Source of the DNA: a virus | Taxonomy: Duplodnaviria; Caudoviricetes | DNA: 27,594 bases | Direction: 5' to 3' (one strand) | Virus record (IMG/VR): IMGVR_UViG_3300027672_000064 | Coordinates: 1 to 27,594 of that record | Shown: piece by piece, positions 15,546 to 25,596 of the stretch | How positions within the stretch are numbered: the stretch's first letter is position 1 | Layout: each line of letters starts with the position of its first letter | Notes under the pieces: model-generated | What the model was told of the DNA's origin: nothing | What the model saw: the letters and a program-made list of their open reading frames with translations, nothing else | Databases searched by the model: none | Translations under genes and position numbers: made by a program

Positions 15546-18500
15546 ATGCCAATAGTTACAACAAATTTTACGGCAGGTAGAATGAATAAGTCTATCGATG
15601 AAAGGCTTCTTCCTCCTGGAGAATATATTAACGCAATGAATGTTCGTTTAGGAGCTACAGAAACTACTGAAATAGGAGCTGTGGAAAACTCCAGAGGTAA
15701 TCAAAAACTTACAACAATTAAGTTTGAAGGTACGACTATATCTTCAACAGCAGTATGTATAGGAGCTTATGAGGATGGAATGAGAGAGAACATCTATTGG
15801 TTTATACATGATAAAGATTTCCCTGGTAAAACTGGAGGAATTGATTTAATAGTTTCTTATAATACTGAGAATCAAGTTGTTCAATATCATGTTGTTTCTA
15901 CTACGGTATTAAATTTTGATCCTAAATACTTAATAACAGCGGTTGATTTAGTGGATGGAAAATTATTGTTTTTTACAGATGATTTAAATCCTCCTCGAAT
16001 GATAAATATAGGGAGAAATTATCCTAACCCAATTGGTAATACAGATCAGATTGTTGAAGAAGATATATCTGTAATAGTTAAGCCGCCTGGGTTTGAAGAT
16101 GTAGTTGGATCAAATGTAAACTTACCTGCACCATTAGTTCAACTTGTAAACTTACCTGGTAATGAAAATTACTTAAAAGAAAGATTTGTTTGTTTTGCAT
16201 ATAGATACAGGTATCAAGACAACGAATATAGCGCTACTTCTTTATTTACAAAACCAGCTTTTGCAGCAAGCACATTTACTTTTGATACAAGAAACTTTTT
16301 AAACGGTGGAATGGTCAATAGATACAACGGAGCAATTGTAACTTTTAATACTGGTAGTAAACGTGTTTTAGAAATCGATTTACTATATAAAGAAACAACT
16401 TCAAATTCTATTTTTGTAATAGAGAGATTTAAGAAACAAGATTATGGATGGGCAGACAATACGTCTAAAACTTATTCTTTTACAAATAGTAAAATTTATA
16501 CCACAATAGGTGGAGATGAGTTATTAAGACAATATGATAATGTTCCAAGGGTAGCAAAAGCTCAAACAATAATGAGTAATAGGTTATTTTATGGTAATTT
16601 TATAGATGGATATAACTTTAGAAGAGGGAGTGCTGATGGATCAAACATTGCTTTAAACTATACAACCTCTTACATTTCAAAAAACGTAGATTTTATAACT
16701 TTAAAAATTCCAGAGCCAGGGAATGGTAGCGCTTATACTCTTTCTGGGACAACTGAAAATATAGATAATAGTAAAATCACTATTAACTTATCGGAAATTT
16801 CTTCTAAGTTAAAACAAGGATCTGTAATAGGTTTTTCTTTTCGTTTTGAACACGCTAAATTAACTGGCACAACAACTACTGATTGTTACATTGCTAATGA
16901 AGAGTTTAAAAACGCAAGTTTTTCGTTAACAATATCTATTACATTAAATGAAGATTATTCTTCTGTTTATGATTTTGTAAGTTCAGCTCAGTTTAAAGAT
17001 GCAATAGGAACAGGTATATTATCAGATGGAAGGTTTAAGACTTTGCTATTAGCGGATACAGGAAATTCTTTAACAGATTTATTTAATAATTATTTATCTG
17101 TTCCAGCTAACACCTGTACATTTACAAAATTTAATAGTAGTATAACTGATGCAACTGCACAGCAAGGGTTTGCATTAACTGCGGTAGTCCCAGGATCTGA
17201 TACATTTGAGTTACAGGTAATTGCAATGAATTATCAAGCTATAGATGTTACAGATCCAGCAGCTCCAATAACAACAAATATGTTTGAGTTTTTTAGATTT
17301 ATTTCTGGAAACATTACATTCACTTCAGATAATGACACTACAAGTTTACATAGTAATAGGGATTATGAAACAGGAATTGTTTATATGGATGAATACGCTC
17401 GTGCCTCTACTGTATTGGTTTCGGAGTATAATACAATATATATTGAACCAGCAAATTCAATTAGTGTAAATAAAATTTTAGTTCAAGTAAACAGTATTGC
17501 TCCTTACTGGGCCAAAAAATACAAGTTTGTTGTTAAACCAAGTTTAGGCACTTATGAAACTATATTTACAAATTTCTATTATGTAAGACCAAGTGACAAT
17601 ATGATCTTTTTTAAATTAGAAGGCGATAATGCTAATAAGGTTGAAAAAGGACAAACGCTAATAGTAAAAGGAGATGTAGATGGGGCTTTGCCAAGAGTAG
17701 AAAAAGTTACTGTTTTAGATGTAACAGCAGAGTCTACAGATTTTTTACAAGAAGCTGGAGAAATTGGATTTGAAGAAATAAGTCAATTGCCAGGTTTATA
17801 CATGAATGTTAAAAATCAAAATTTTAATGTTACGATTCCTAATGATTCGGTTATAGATTATGGAGATCAGAAAGCATCGGACAAGGCTGATGGTTGCACT
17901 TCAAAAAGACAGGTAGGTTATCCTTGTTTTACAACACAATATGATTCATTAGGAGCTGCTACTGGTACAACAAACTATAGCGTCCCAGGTGGTTCTGTTA
18001 TAAAATTAAAATTTATAGCGCAACGTTCTGCTACAGGTTTTCCAGGTGGAGCGAAAGAATATACTTGGGAGTGGGAACAGCAATTTGTTGCAAGTAGAGA
18101 TTACCCAGACATGAAAAGATGGTATGATGGAGACAATGTAAATGTTCTGTTGGCTTCACCAGGGAATGTAAATGGTTTTGGTGTTGATGAGGTTGCTGCT
18201 ACTTATGATGGAGCTTATGTAAATGTTTCAGTTCCTGACAGTGGATTTCCTCCATTTGTTTCTGGTAATGAATATGGGTTTGCTGGCAATCTTCCATGTA
18301 CAAGATTTAAAATAAAGCTTGGTTTTGTTCAAGATATTCCAGGTGACGAAACCTCTCCGTTATACTTTGGTATAAATAGTGGTGTTCCTGGAGCTAACAG
18401 AACTTTTACTTCTGATAGACAATCAAGTATATCTGCTGACATTGTTGTTTTTAGAGCTAATACTTTAATGATTTTTGAGTCAGAGCCTTTAGATGCAAAT

Positions 18501-20381
18501 CCAGATTTGTATTTTGATGCAAGTGAAATGTATGATATTGACGCTAATTATAATCATTTATCAGGAACAGGAGATTTTGATCAAAATCAAACTTCTTCAC
18601 AAGATGCGGTTGTTGAATTAAATTTTTCTGATGTTTACACATTTGGTAATGGTGTTGAAAGTTATAAAATAAAAGATAGATTAGCCGCTAAAAGTTTTCA
18701 ATTAGGAGAAAGAACTTTAGCTGTATCTAATCAAGACTATAAGGAAGCTGATAGGTTTGAAGGTATGACTTATAGCGGAGTGTACAGTAGTAACTCTGGT
18801 ACAAATAATTTAAATGAATTTAATTTAGGTTTAGTAAATTTTAAAGATTTAGAAACTTCTTATGGGCCTATTCAAAAAATGCACGCGCGTAAAACTGATA
18901 TATTAGTTTTGCAAGAGGATAAAATTTCTTATGTTTTAGCAAGTAAAAACCAATTAACTGACTCAACAGGTGGTGGTGTTGTTACTTCAGTTCCTCAGAT
19001 ATTAGGAACTCAAATTGCTCGTATTGAGGAGTATGGTATTAGTTTTAATCCTGAAAGTTTTTCAACTCATGGGTTTGATACTTACTTTACAGATTCAAAA
19101 AGAGGAGCTGTATTAATGTTGTCAGGAAACTCACAAGGAGGTCAAGGAGAGAGTTTGACTGTTATTTCCGATTCTGGAATGCGATCTTTTTTTAGAGATG
19201 AGTTTAACGATAATTTAAACAATCAAAAATTAGGAGCATTTGATCCTTATATGGATGAGTTTGTTTTAGGAATGAATCAAAAATCAGTACCTATTCCTGC
19301 TCAAGTAATTCCATGTGGTACATCTATAAATAGAAGTGGTCTACCAGTTGGTACACCGTTTTCTTCTACAGTAAATTTTGGAAATGTAATCGGAGATGTG
19401 CTAATTGGCTACAATATAACTTCAGGAAGTATTACAATTTCTGTATTATGGAACGGAACAACATCTACAAGTGGAACTTTAACTGGTTCAGGATCTTACA
19501 CTTGGAGCAAATCTTTAAACACTCCAAGTAATGCAGTTGTAACAGTTAATTCTGTTGGTTTAGATTCAAGTTTTTCTATAGATTATAATTGTCCTGAACA
19601 AGTAAATATTACTGTTGTGAAGGTGGTTATGAACTCAAGTGTTGATGCTAATAAATATATTCATGCAGAATATTTTTGGGAGAACACAACAACTATAAGT
19701 CCAATTGATAGTGACTTGTGTCAGTTTGGTAATTCTCATTTAATTGCATCTACCTATGATCCTCAAGTTGGAATAAGGTCTTTAGGGGTGTTTCCAAATG
19801 ATGGGGTTGATTTAACTATAAGATCTAATAAAATAAATTTTGATGATTATGACTGGGGTTTTCCTGACGATAATTTTAAATACTTATCAAGTAATACTTT
19901 ATACCAAAACAACCAGCCAGATATAGCATCCTTATTAGCTGCGTCTGCGACTATACCAAACGGAAGTGTTGTTGAGGCGTCAGAAGGATTGTACGAGGCT
20001 ACACTAAGCTCCTTGTCTATTCCTGTTGCTAATCAATATTTATATTTGATATATGACTACAGAACAACATCATGTCAACAATTTTGTTACGATGCAGCTT
20101 CTGCTGATGATGCCTGTTGTGAGTGTGTTGTTAATTGTGTTGCTTTTACAGCAAGTACAAATCAAGAAGTTTCGGATGTGTGTAATCAACCGCTGTCTCA
20201 AACATACTATCATACTGGATCAGGAACATATCCTGCTATAAATGATTTTGTTTATTCTTCTTCTACTTGTTATAGTAGTCAAGCAGTACCATTAACAGCA
20301 GGTTATTATAAATCAGAATCAGATAAATATATTAGAGTTACATCAAATGGGTTAGTAATAGAATTAGTAACTTGCCCTTAA
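15546..20381 (+). CDS. Tail nozzle/muzzle (stabilisation) protein, main part, with Cys-rich C-terminal extension (1611 aa)
   Basis: N-terminal NFTAGRMNKSIDERLLPPGEYINAMNVR...GAVEN, LFFTDDLNPPRMIN, NRLFYGNF, YGPIQK, ILVLQEDK, EYGISFNPESF, YFTDSKRGAVL and GAFDPYMDEFVL match, by recall, crAss-like/P22 gp10-type propeller nozzle proteins. Confidence 0.72.
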   Translation: MPIVTTNFTAGRMNKSIDERLLPPGEYINAMNVRLGATETTEIGAVENSRGNQKLTTIKFEGTTISSTAVCIGAYEDGMRENIYWFIHDKDFPGKTGGIDLIVSYNTENQVVQYHVVSTTVLNFDPKYLITAVDLVDGKLLFFTDDLNPPRMINIGRNYPNPIGNTDQIVEEDISVIVKPPGFEDVVGSNVNLPAPLVQLVNLPGNENYLKERFVCFAYRYRYQDNEYSATSLFTKPAFAASTFTFDTRNFLNGGMVNRYNGAIVTFNTGSKRVLEIDLLYKETTSNSIFVIERFKKQDYGWADNTSKTYSFTNSKIYTTIGGDELLRQYDNVPRVAKAQTIMSNRLFYGNFIDGYNFRRGSADGSNIALNYTTSYISKNVDFITLKIPEPGNGSAYTLSGTTENIDNSKITINLSEISSKLKQGSVIGFSFRFEHAKLTGTTTTDCYIANEEFKNASFSLTISITLNEDYSSVYDFVSSAQFKDAIGTGILSDGRFKTLLLADTGNSLTDLFNNYLSVPANTCTFTKFNSSITDATAQQGFALTAVVPGSDTFELQVIAMNYQAIDVTDPAAPITTNMFEFFRFISGNITFTSDNDTTSLHSNRDYETGIVYMDEYARASTVLVSEYNTIYIEPANSISVNKILVQVNSIAPYWAKKYKFVVKPSLGTYETIFTNFYYVRPSDNMIFFKLEGDNANKVEKGQTLIVKGDVDGALPRVEKVTVLDVTAESTDFLQEAGEIGFEEISQLPGLYMNVKNQNFNVTIPNDSVIDYGDQKASDKADGCTSKRQVGYPCFTTQYDSLGAATGTTNYSVPGGSVIKLKFIAQRSATGFPGGAKEYTWEWEQQFVASRDYPDMKRWYDGDNVNVLLASPGNVNGFGVDEVAATYDGAYVNVSVPDSGFPPFVSGNEYGFAGNLPCTRFKIKLGFVQDIPGDETSPLYFGINSGVPGANRTFTSDRQSSISADIVVFRANTLMIFESEPLDANPDLYFDASEMYDIDANYNHLSGTGDFDQNQTSSQDAVVELNFSDVYTFGNGVESYKIKDRLAAKSFQLGERTLAVSNQDYKEADRFEGMTYSGVYSSNSGTNNLNEFNLGLVNFKDLETSYGPIQKMHARKTDILVLQEDKISYVLASKNQLTDSTGGGVVTSVPQILGTQIARIEEYGISFNPESFSTHGFDTYFTDSKRGAVLMLSGNSQGGQGESLTVISDSGMRSFFRDEFNDNLNNQKLGAFDPYMDEFVLGMNQKSVPIPAQVIPCGTSINRSGLPVGTPFSSTVNFGNVIGDVLIGYNITSGSITISVLWNGTTSTSGTLTGSGSYTWSKSLNTPSNAVVTVNSVGLDSSFSIDYNCPEQVNITVVKVVMNSSVDANKYIHAEYFWENTTTISPIDSDLCQFGNSHLIASTYDPQVGIRSLGVFPNDGVDLTIRSNKINFDDYDWGFPDDNFKYLSSNTLYQNNQPDIASLLAASATIPNGSVVEASEGLYEATLSSLSIPVANQYLYLIYDYRTTSCQQFCYDAASADDACCECVVNCVAFTASTNQEVSDVCNQPLSQTYYHTGSGTYPAINDFVYSSSTCYSSQAVPLTAGYYKSESDKYIRVTSNGLVIELVTCP

Positions 20382-20392
20382 ATAAATAAAAT

Positions 20393-21445
20393 ATGGCAAC
20401 ATTAGGAACATACTGTTTCGATGGCGTAAATTTTTCGTCAGCAACATCTTTATATACGGATTCTTCATTAAGTACTTTAGCTGCTGATGGTTATTATGGT
20501 CAAGGCCTGATAGTTAGACAGCAGTTAAACGGAATATTACTTAATGCTCAACCATGTAGCGCTTGTTTAGTTCCTTGTGGAACAGGACTTTCTGCGTCTA
20601 TCGCTAATCAAAATGGAGTTTTTGATGCTAATATTGATTTAGCAAATGATTTGGGAGCTGTGGTTATAAGATGTTTTATGGGTGGATCAATACCAGATGG
20701 TATTATTGCTTCATTAAATGGTGTTGGATATAATAGATTAACAGCAGCAGATAACCACAATGGAGTATTGTTAGTTGATGGATCTAATACTCAAGTTGAC
20801 TATGCTGGAATTGGAAACCAGGGGACATCACTTCCTACATATGTAGGTAATCAAAATGCAGATTTATTAAGTAACAGTCCTTACGATAGTGCTGGATCTT
20901 GTCCAACTCAAGGTACTTCTCCATCTAATTTTTCTTTAGTGTCTGGTGCATACGTGGATCAAGGAACAACTCAAAATGTAACAGTTGCTTCTTCAGCTAT
21001 AGGTTTTTCATCAGATTCAAGTTCTATAACTTCTCCTGTTTTTACAATGGTTGTTCCTAAGACATCAGTAACGCCAACGGTTTTAAACTTAAAAATATTT
21101 GCACCACTATGTGGAACTGCATTTAATTGGGAGGTAGATTGTCCTGTGTCTTTACCAACTTTTACAGGTTCACCTCTTCAGGGAGGAGTTGGTTGTTTTA
21201 CTCCAAATACAACTTACTATTTTGTTAGAAATGCAACTGGAAATTCTGTGCCTTATACCATTAGAACTAATGCGTTGCCAGAGATAGGTAATTTTGTTTT
21301 TACAGCAGCTGATGGTTCAGCATACTTAAATGACACCAATACACTTCAATACGTTATAATAGGAAATCCTGGGCCATCTGGAACAACTGCTTTAGGAATT
21401 AGAAACGGAGTTGTTGTATCTTCAGGGAATTGTAATCCAACTTAA
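20393..21445 (+). CDS. Cys-containing beta-rich virion protein (350 aa), paralogous to the nozzle C-terminal extension
   Basis: Shares PCG...NG and TYY...GYY...NG.V...C modules with the end of the upstream ORF. Confidence 0.6.
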   Translation: MATLGTYCFDGVNFSSATSLYTDSSLSTLAADGYYGQGLIVRQQLNGILLNAQPCSACLVPCGTGLSASIANQNGVFDANIDLANDLGAVVIRCFMGGSIPDGIIASLNGVGYNRLTAADNHNGVLLVDGSNTQVDYAGIGNQGTSLPTYVGNQNADLLSNSPYDSAGSCPTQGTSPSNFSLVSGAYVDQGTTQNVTVASSAIGFSSDSSSITSPVFTMVVPKTSVTPTVLNLKIFAPLCGTAFNWEVDCPVSLPTFTGSPLQGGVGCFTPNTTYYFVRNATGNSVPYTIRTNALPEIGNFVFTAADGSAYLNDTNTLQYVIIGNPGPSGTTALGIRNGVVVSSGNCNPT

Positions 21446-21458
21446 AAAATAAAACTAT

Positions 21459-22298
21459 ATGCCAAATTATACATTAACATACAATAAAGATTCTTCATCA
21501 CTTCCAAAATATGGTGGTCAAGGTGGGTGGCCTTCTTTTTACTCTTTTTTCCCTGAGTTTATGATAGGAATGAATAGTTTTTTTTACAGTTTTAAGGGAG
21601 GTAATTTATGGAGGCATAACACTAATCCTTTAAGGAATAATTATTATGGAACTTTTACAGCATCATCAATAACAAGTGTTTTTAATCCAGAACCAACGCT
21701 AAGTATTAAGTTGTTTAAGACTATATCTTATGAGTCTACTACTACAGTTGTAGATACAAATGAGGCTCGTTGGGAATGTACTTCTTTGTTGACAGATTTA
21801 ACTGATGGGAATCCAGGATCTATGTTAGAAACTTATTTTCAAGAAAAGGAAGGTGAATGGTATTCTTTTATTAGAACAAATGCTAATACAGTAAATTGGC
21901 AAATGCGTTCCGCAAATGGTCTTGGAGTTTGTACAGGGGTTACTGGGCCAAACAATGCAACTATAATTACTTTTTTAAGCTCTATTGGATCTATTACAAA
22001 TATAGGAGACACAGCGTATGCAGCTACTTTAACGGCTGGTGCAGCGACAGCTCCTCCAGTACTGGCAGGTCAGATAACAGGTAAAACATCTACAAGCATT
22101 ACTATAGACACTACTGGAGTGGGTGGGACAGTCCCTACCGTTGGTCAGTTTATTATGGCTATAAAAGATTCAGTTGCTGAGTCTCATGGAGCAAGGGGTT
22201 ACTATTTACAATTTACTTTACAAAATGATTCTACTAATCCAGTTGAATTGTTTTCTGTAGGAAGCAGTGTAATGAAAAGTTTTCCTGGCGTGAAGTAA
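21459..22298 (+). CDS. Probable C-terminal part of the nozzle/muzzle protein as a separate gene (279 aa)
   Basis: YTLTY...GWPSFYSFFPE...FYSFKGGNLWRHN...RNNYYG...VFNPEP...KLFKTISYE...KEGEWY...RGYYLQFTL...ELFSV matches, by recall, the C-terminus of single-chain nozzle homologues. Confidence 0.58.
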   Translation: MPNYTLTYNKDSSSLPKYGGQGGWPSFYSFFPEFMIGMNSFFYSFKGGNLWRHNTNPLRNNYYGTFTASSITSVFNPEPTLSIKLFKTISYESTTTVVDTNEARWECTSLLTDLTDGNPGSMLETYFQEKEGEWYSFIRTNANTVNWQMRSANGLGVCTGVTGPNNATIITFLSSIGSITNIGDTAYAATLTAGAATAPPVLAGQITGKTSTSITIDTTGVGGTVPTVGQFIMAIKDSVAESHGARGYYLQFTLQNDSTNPVELFSVGSSVMKSFPGVK

Positions 22299-22331
22299 TA
22301 AAGGTTACAAAAGTTATCCGTAAAAAATTGT

Positions 22332-22339
22332 TATCTTTG
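22332..22339 (+). promoter_or_regulatory. Bacteroidota-type -7 promoter box (TATCTTTG)
   Basis: Intergenic TAnnTTTG ending 6 nt before ATG22346. Confidence 0.65.
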
Positions 22340-22345
22340 TTGTAA

Positions 22346-22756
22346 ATGAAATTAAATATAAGACCATTAGAAGTAAGTGATTACGACAACATACTTGTTG
22401 GCTGGTGGAATGATTGGAGATGGACTGCGCCTACAAAAGATTTTCTTCCTGAAAACGGAACTGGAGGCTACATAGTTTACGATAAAGACATTCCTATTTG
22501 TGCAGGTTTTATGTACACCACTAACTCAACGGCAGTATGGTGTGATTGGATAATATCTAATATACATTATAAAGATCGTCAAAAAAGAAAAGATGCTTTA
22601 TCGTTATTGGTTGAAACAATAACTAATCAAGCTAAAGCATTAAATAAAAAATATGTGTATGCGTTAATAAAAAACAAACCTTTAATTAATGTGTATAAAA
22701 AAATAGGCTATGAAGAAGCTTCTACCTATTCTATTGAAATGATTAAAAAATTATAA
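22346..22756 (+). CDS. GNAT-family acetyltransferase-like protein (136 aa)
   Basis: IRPLEVSDY start, PICAGFMY strand and LINVYKKIGY C-terminal motif; position between nozzle and ejection genes, like T7 gp13. Confidence 0.7.
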   Translation: MKLNIRPLEVSDYDNILVGWWNDWRWTAPTKDFLPENGTGGYIVYDKDIPICAGFMYTTNSTAVWCDWIISNIHYKDRQKRKDALSLLVETITNQAKALNKKYVYALIKNKPLINVYKKIGYEEASTYSIEMIKKL

Positions 22757-22757
22757 A

Positions 22758-23375
22758 ATGGCAGTAACAACAGCAGCAGTAGTAGGAGTAGCGGCTTCAG
22801 CAGGAGGAGCGATAAATTCGTTTAGTCAATCAGCAAAGCAAGGAAGATTAGCGGAAAAAGCAGAGGCAGAGGCTAAAAGAAATATGGCATCAGCTAAAAA
22901 GAAAGCAGAAAAGAACTTTTATGCTGGTTTAAATGTTTCAACTGAAGCTTATGATGCTGCGTTCCAAAATAACTTACAGGCTCAGACTCAAAACATTCAG
23001 GCTTTACAAGAAGGTGATTCTCGTAATTTAGCTGCTGGGGTTGGTTTAGTTCAACAAAGCTCTGATGCTACCGCAAATGCTACTCGATTAGCCTTGCAAA
23101 AAGACTTAGAGACAAATGCTAAAATGAAAGCTGATGCCAAAGACGCTATAAATCAAGATTTAAAAAAGATGGACTTAGGTCAAGCTAAAGATAATGAGCT
23201 AAAAGCAAAAGATGCTTACGCGGCAAAAGCACAACAATTTAGTCAGGGTATAAGTGGGGTGGTAAGTACAATGGGTAATGTTGCTCAGTTAGCTCCATTG
23301 TTTGGAAATAATGCTACTCCAGAAGATCAAGCAGCCGCAGAAGCGCTTTATTTATCTAATCAAGCTGGTCAATAA
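22758..23375 (+). CDS. Internal virion / ejection protein 1 (205 aa)
   Basis: Ala/Gly-rich hydrophobic N-terminus (AAVVGVAASAGGAI), Ala/Gln/Lys helical body and a second hydrophobic patch (GISGVVSTMG); T7 gp14-like position. Confidence 0.65.
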   Translation: MAVTTAAVVGVAASAGGAINSFSQSAKQGRLAEKAEAEAKRNMASAKKKAEKNFYAGLNVSTEAYDAAFQNNLQAQTQNIQALQEGDSRNLAAGVGLVQQSSDATANATRLALQKDLETNAKMKADAKDAINQDLKKMDLGQAKDNELKAKDAYAAKAQQFSQGISGVVSTMGNVAQLAPLFGNNATPEDQAAAEALYLSNQAGQ

Positions 23376-23385
23376 AATATAAAAA

Positions 23386-25593
23386 ATGGCAAACGAATTT
23401 ACAAGAACAGAGTCAGTATCCGATTATCAAAATTATGCTGGTCGTGAAGGTTCTCAAATAGATTTTAATAAAGAGGCTCAGAAAATTGCTGGAGGCGCTC
23501 AAGCAGTAGCGGTTGGAAGAGAAAAAAGAAAGGCTGATATACAAAGCGCAGAAGATGAGGTAATTAACCAGTTAAACCAAGCAGATTCATTTGAAAATCA
23601 AACATTAGGACAGACAGTTTTATTGTCAGCTCAAGGTTTAAAAGAAACTCTTTTAAAACAATCTAAATTAATGAAAGCTGGTTTAATTAAACCTGCTGAT
23701 TTTATGGCTACACTTCAAACAGCTAAAGATTCTATTGCTAATTGGGGTATAGCAGCTAAAGATTGGAATACAAAATATGTAGATTCGGAAGCAAGACAAA
23801 AACTTGGGCCAAACGGAAAAAAAATAGCTTCAGGTATGGAGACCGCTATAAAGGAATCTGTACTTGGTTTTAATAACTTAAATGACGTAGTTCCTTGGAC
23901 TGCTCCAACAGGTAATGGTTATTTGGTTAGAATGAATGAAGATGGTAGTATGCCTGATTGGGAAACACAAAGAGATCAATACGGTAGCATGAACAATATG
24001 AATAATTTATTGTTATACCAAGATGATAACGCTAAGTATGATTTAAGTAGTTTAGTCGCTAATGAAAAAAAGAATGTTGGCGCTTTTATTACATCTACTA
24101 TTAGTGGTTATACTGTTGATAAAGGTGGTAACGTTGTTGTCACTACAGAGGGCGCAAGACAAATGGAAGATGCTTTAAAAGGTAAGGATGGTCAAACTAA
24201 TTTTAATACATTAGTTAAAAGCGTATCAGGAACTATACTTTATGATGAGTTATCTTACGCTAATGTTTTAATAAACAGGAGTTTTGGTGATGATAGATAT
24301 ATAATTGCTCAAACTGAACAAGAGTTTGTTGATAAAGGTGGTACGGATTTGTCTAAATGGATTGAAGCAGATTATTCTACTCAACCTCCAAGTGTAAAAT
24401 TACTTGCAGAGCAAAAAAAAGCTACTGAACAGTATGTAAGAGACGAAATTCTTACTCAGTTTGGTCAGAAAACCACAAAAGCTAAAGGACTTGGTGGAGT
24501 TCAACCAAATGCAGCTAATGTAGGTTCAAAGAAAATTGATACAAAAATTGGTGGTTATGCTGCGCAACTTGCGGATGCTCTTACAGCTGATACGGCAAAT
24601 GCAGAAAATATTATTAGAAGTTTAATAACTGATATAAATAACAATAAATCAGATACTAACGCTTCAGATATTGTTGATTTTGATATGAATGATGATAATA
24701 TTATATTTTACAAGGATGGGGAAGATCCTATATCAGTACCTCGTAGATCTACTACTGGAAAACTTGACGATCTTACTACCACAGATATAAACGAAGCTTA
24801 TAATGATGTTGACCTATTAAATGAAATAACAGGTCTATATAAGAGTTTGACAGGTGAATCAGCTAACAGGTCTCAAATTGAAGAAGGTCTGAAAGAAGTT
24901 AATTATGATTTAAGTGGTAGAAAGAAACGAAAAGGTAGACTTGCTGGAGGGACTCCAAGAGCGGCTTATGATTTAATTACAGAAAATCAAAAAGTAAATG
25001 CAGGTGGTGACACTGTTTTAACTTTATTAGATGATGCTTTTGATGGCTCTACAGGAGGACTTGTAGATTGGTTAAGTGGTGATGATGCTGCTGAAGAGTC
25101 TATTAATGAAATAATACAGAAATCATTAAAATCAGGAGTTAAGAAGAATATTAAAAGATCTAACCTTGGTAACGCTAAGACAAAATTATTTAGTGACGCT
25201 GAAGCTGACAAAATTTTAAATGAATACATAGCAGACCTTGACGCAAAAGATCCTACTGGTAAATTATCGAGTGATTTTAAAACAGCAGAATATGCAAACA
25301 GAGATCTTGGAGAAGAAGTGGTAATGATTAATATAGCAGGAACGTCAACTCCTATTTTACTTGACCAAAGCTTGTCTAAACAAAAAATGGCAGCGCTCAT
25401 TACTGAAGCAATAAATAATGGTATTCAAGCTGTTAATAAGGAAAGAGAAAGTACAGATAAAAAAAGAGCTACTGGAGGAAGACCTTCAGTAAACTTGATA
25501 CAGGCTAAAAATCCTCAAAAAACAGGCGAAAGCATGGCTCTTTATAATGCCAGGATTATGAAAATGTGGACAGATAAAAAAACAACACCATAA
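23386..25593 (+). CDS. Internal virion / ejection protein 2 (735 aa)
   Basis: Large, largely helical, Cys-free ORF between the small and large ejection-type genes. Assignment by synteny. Confidence 0.55.
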   Translation: MANEFTRTESVSDYQNYAGREGSQIDFNKEAQKIAGGAQAVAVGREKRKADIQSAEDEVINQLNQADSFENQTLGQTVLLSAQGLKETLLKQSKLMKAGLIKPADFMATLQTAKDSIANWGIAAKDWNTKYVDSEARQKLGPNGKKIASGMETAIKESVLGFNNLNDVVPWTAPTGNGYLVRMNEDGSMPDWETQRDQYGSMNNMNNLLLYQDDNAKYDLSSLVANEKKNVGAFITSTISGYTVDKGGNVVVTTEGARQMEDALKGKDGQTNFNTLVKSVSGTILYDELSYANVLINRSFGDDRYIIAQTEQEFVDKGGTDLSKWIEADYSTQPPSVKLLAEQKKATEQYVRDEILTQFGQKTTKAKGLGGVQPNAANVGSKKIDTKIGGYAAQLADALTADTANAENIIRSLITDINNNKSDTNASDIVDFDMNDDNIIFYKDGEDPISVPRRSTTGKLDDLTTTDINEAYNDVDLLNEITGLYKSLTGESANRSQIEEGLKEVNYDLSGRKKRKGRLAGGTPRAAYDLITENQKVNAGGDTVLTLLDDAFDGSTGGLVDWLSGDDAAEESINEIIQKSLKSGVKKNIKRSNLGNAKTKLFSDAEADKILNEYIADLDAKDPTGKLSSDFKTAEYANRDLGEEVVMINIAGTSTPILLDQSLSKQKMAALITEAINNGIQAVNKERESTDKKRATGGRPSVNLIQAKNPQKTGESMALYNARIMKMWTDKKTTP

Positions 25594-25596
25594 GAT

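Noticed and set aside
9877-22084. Short alternative-frame plus-strand ORFs (9877, 11297, 17284, 20053, 21896)
   Set aside because: Nested within long genes, with off-frame composition and no supporting initiation or slippage signal noticed.
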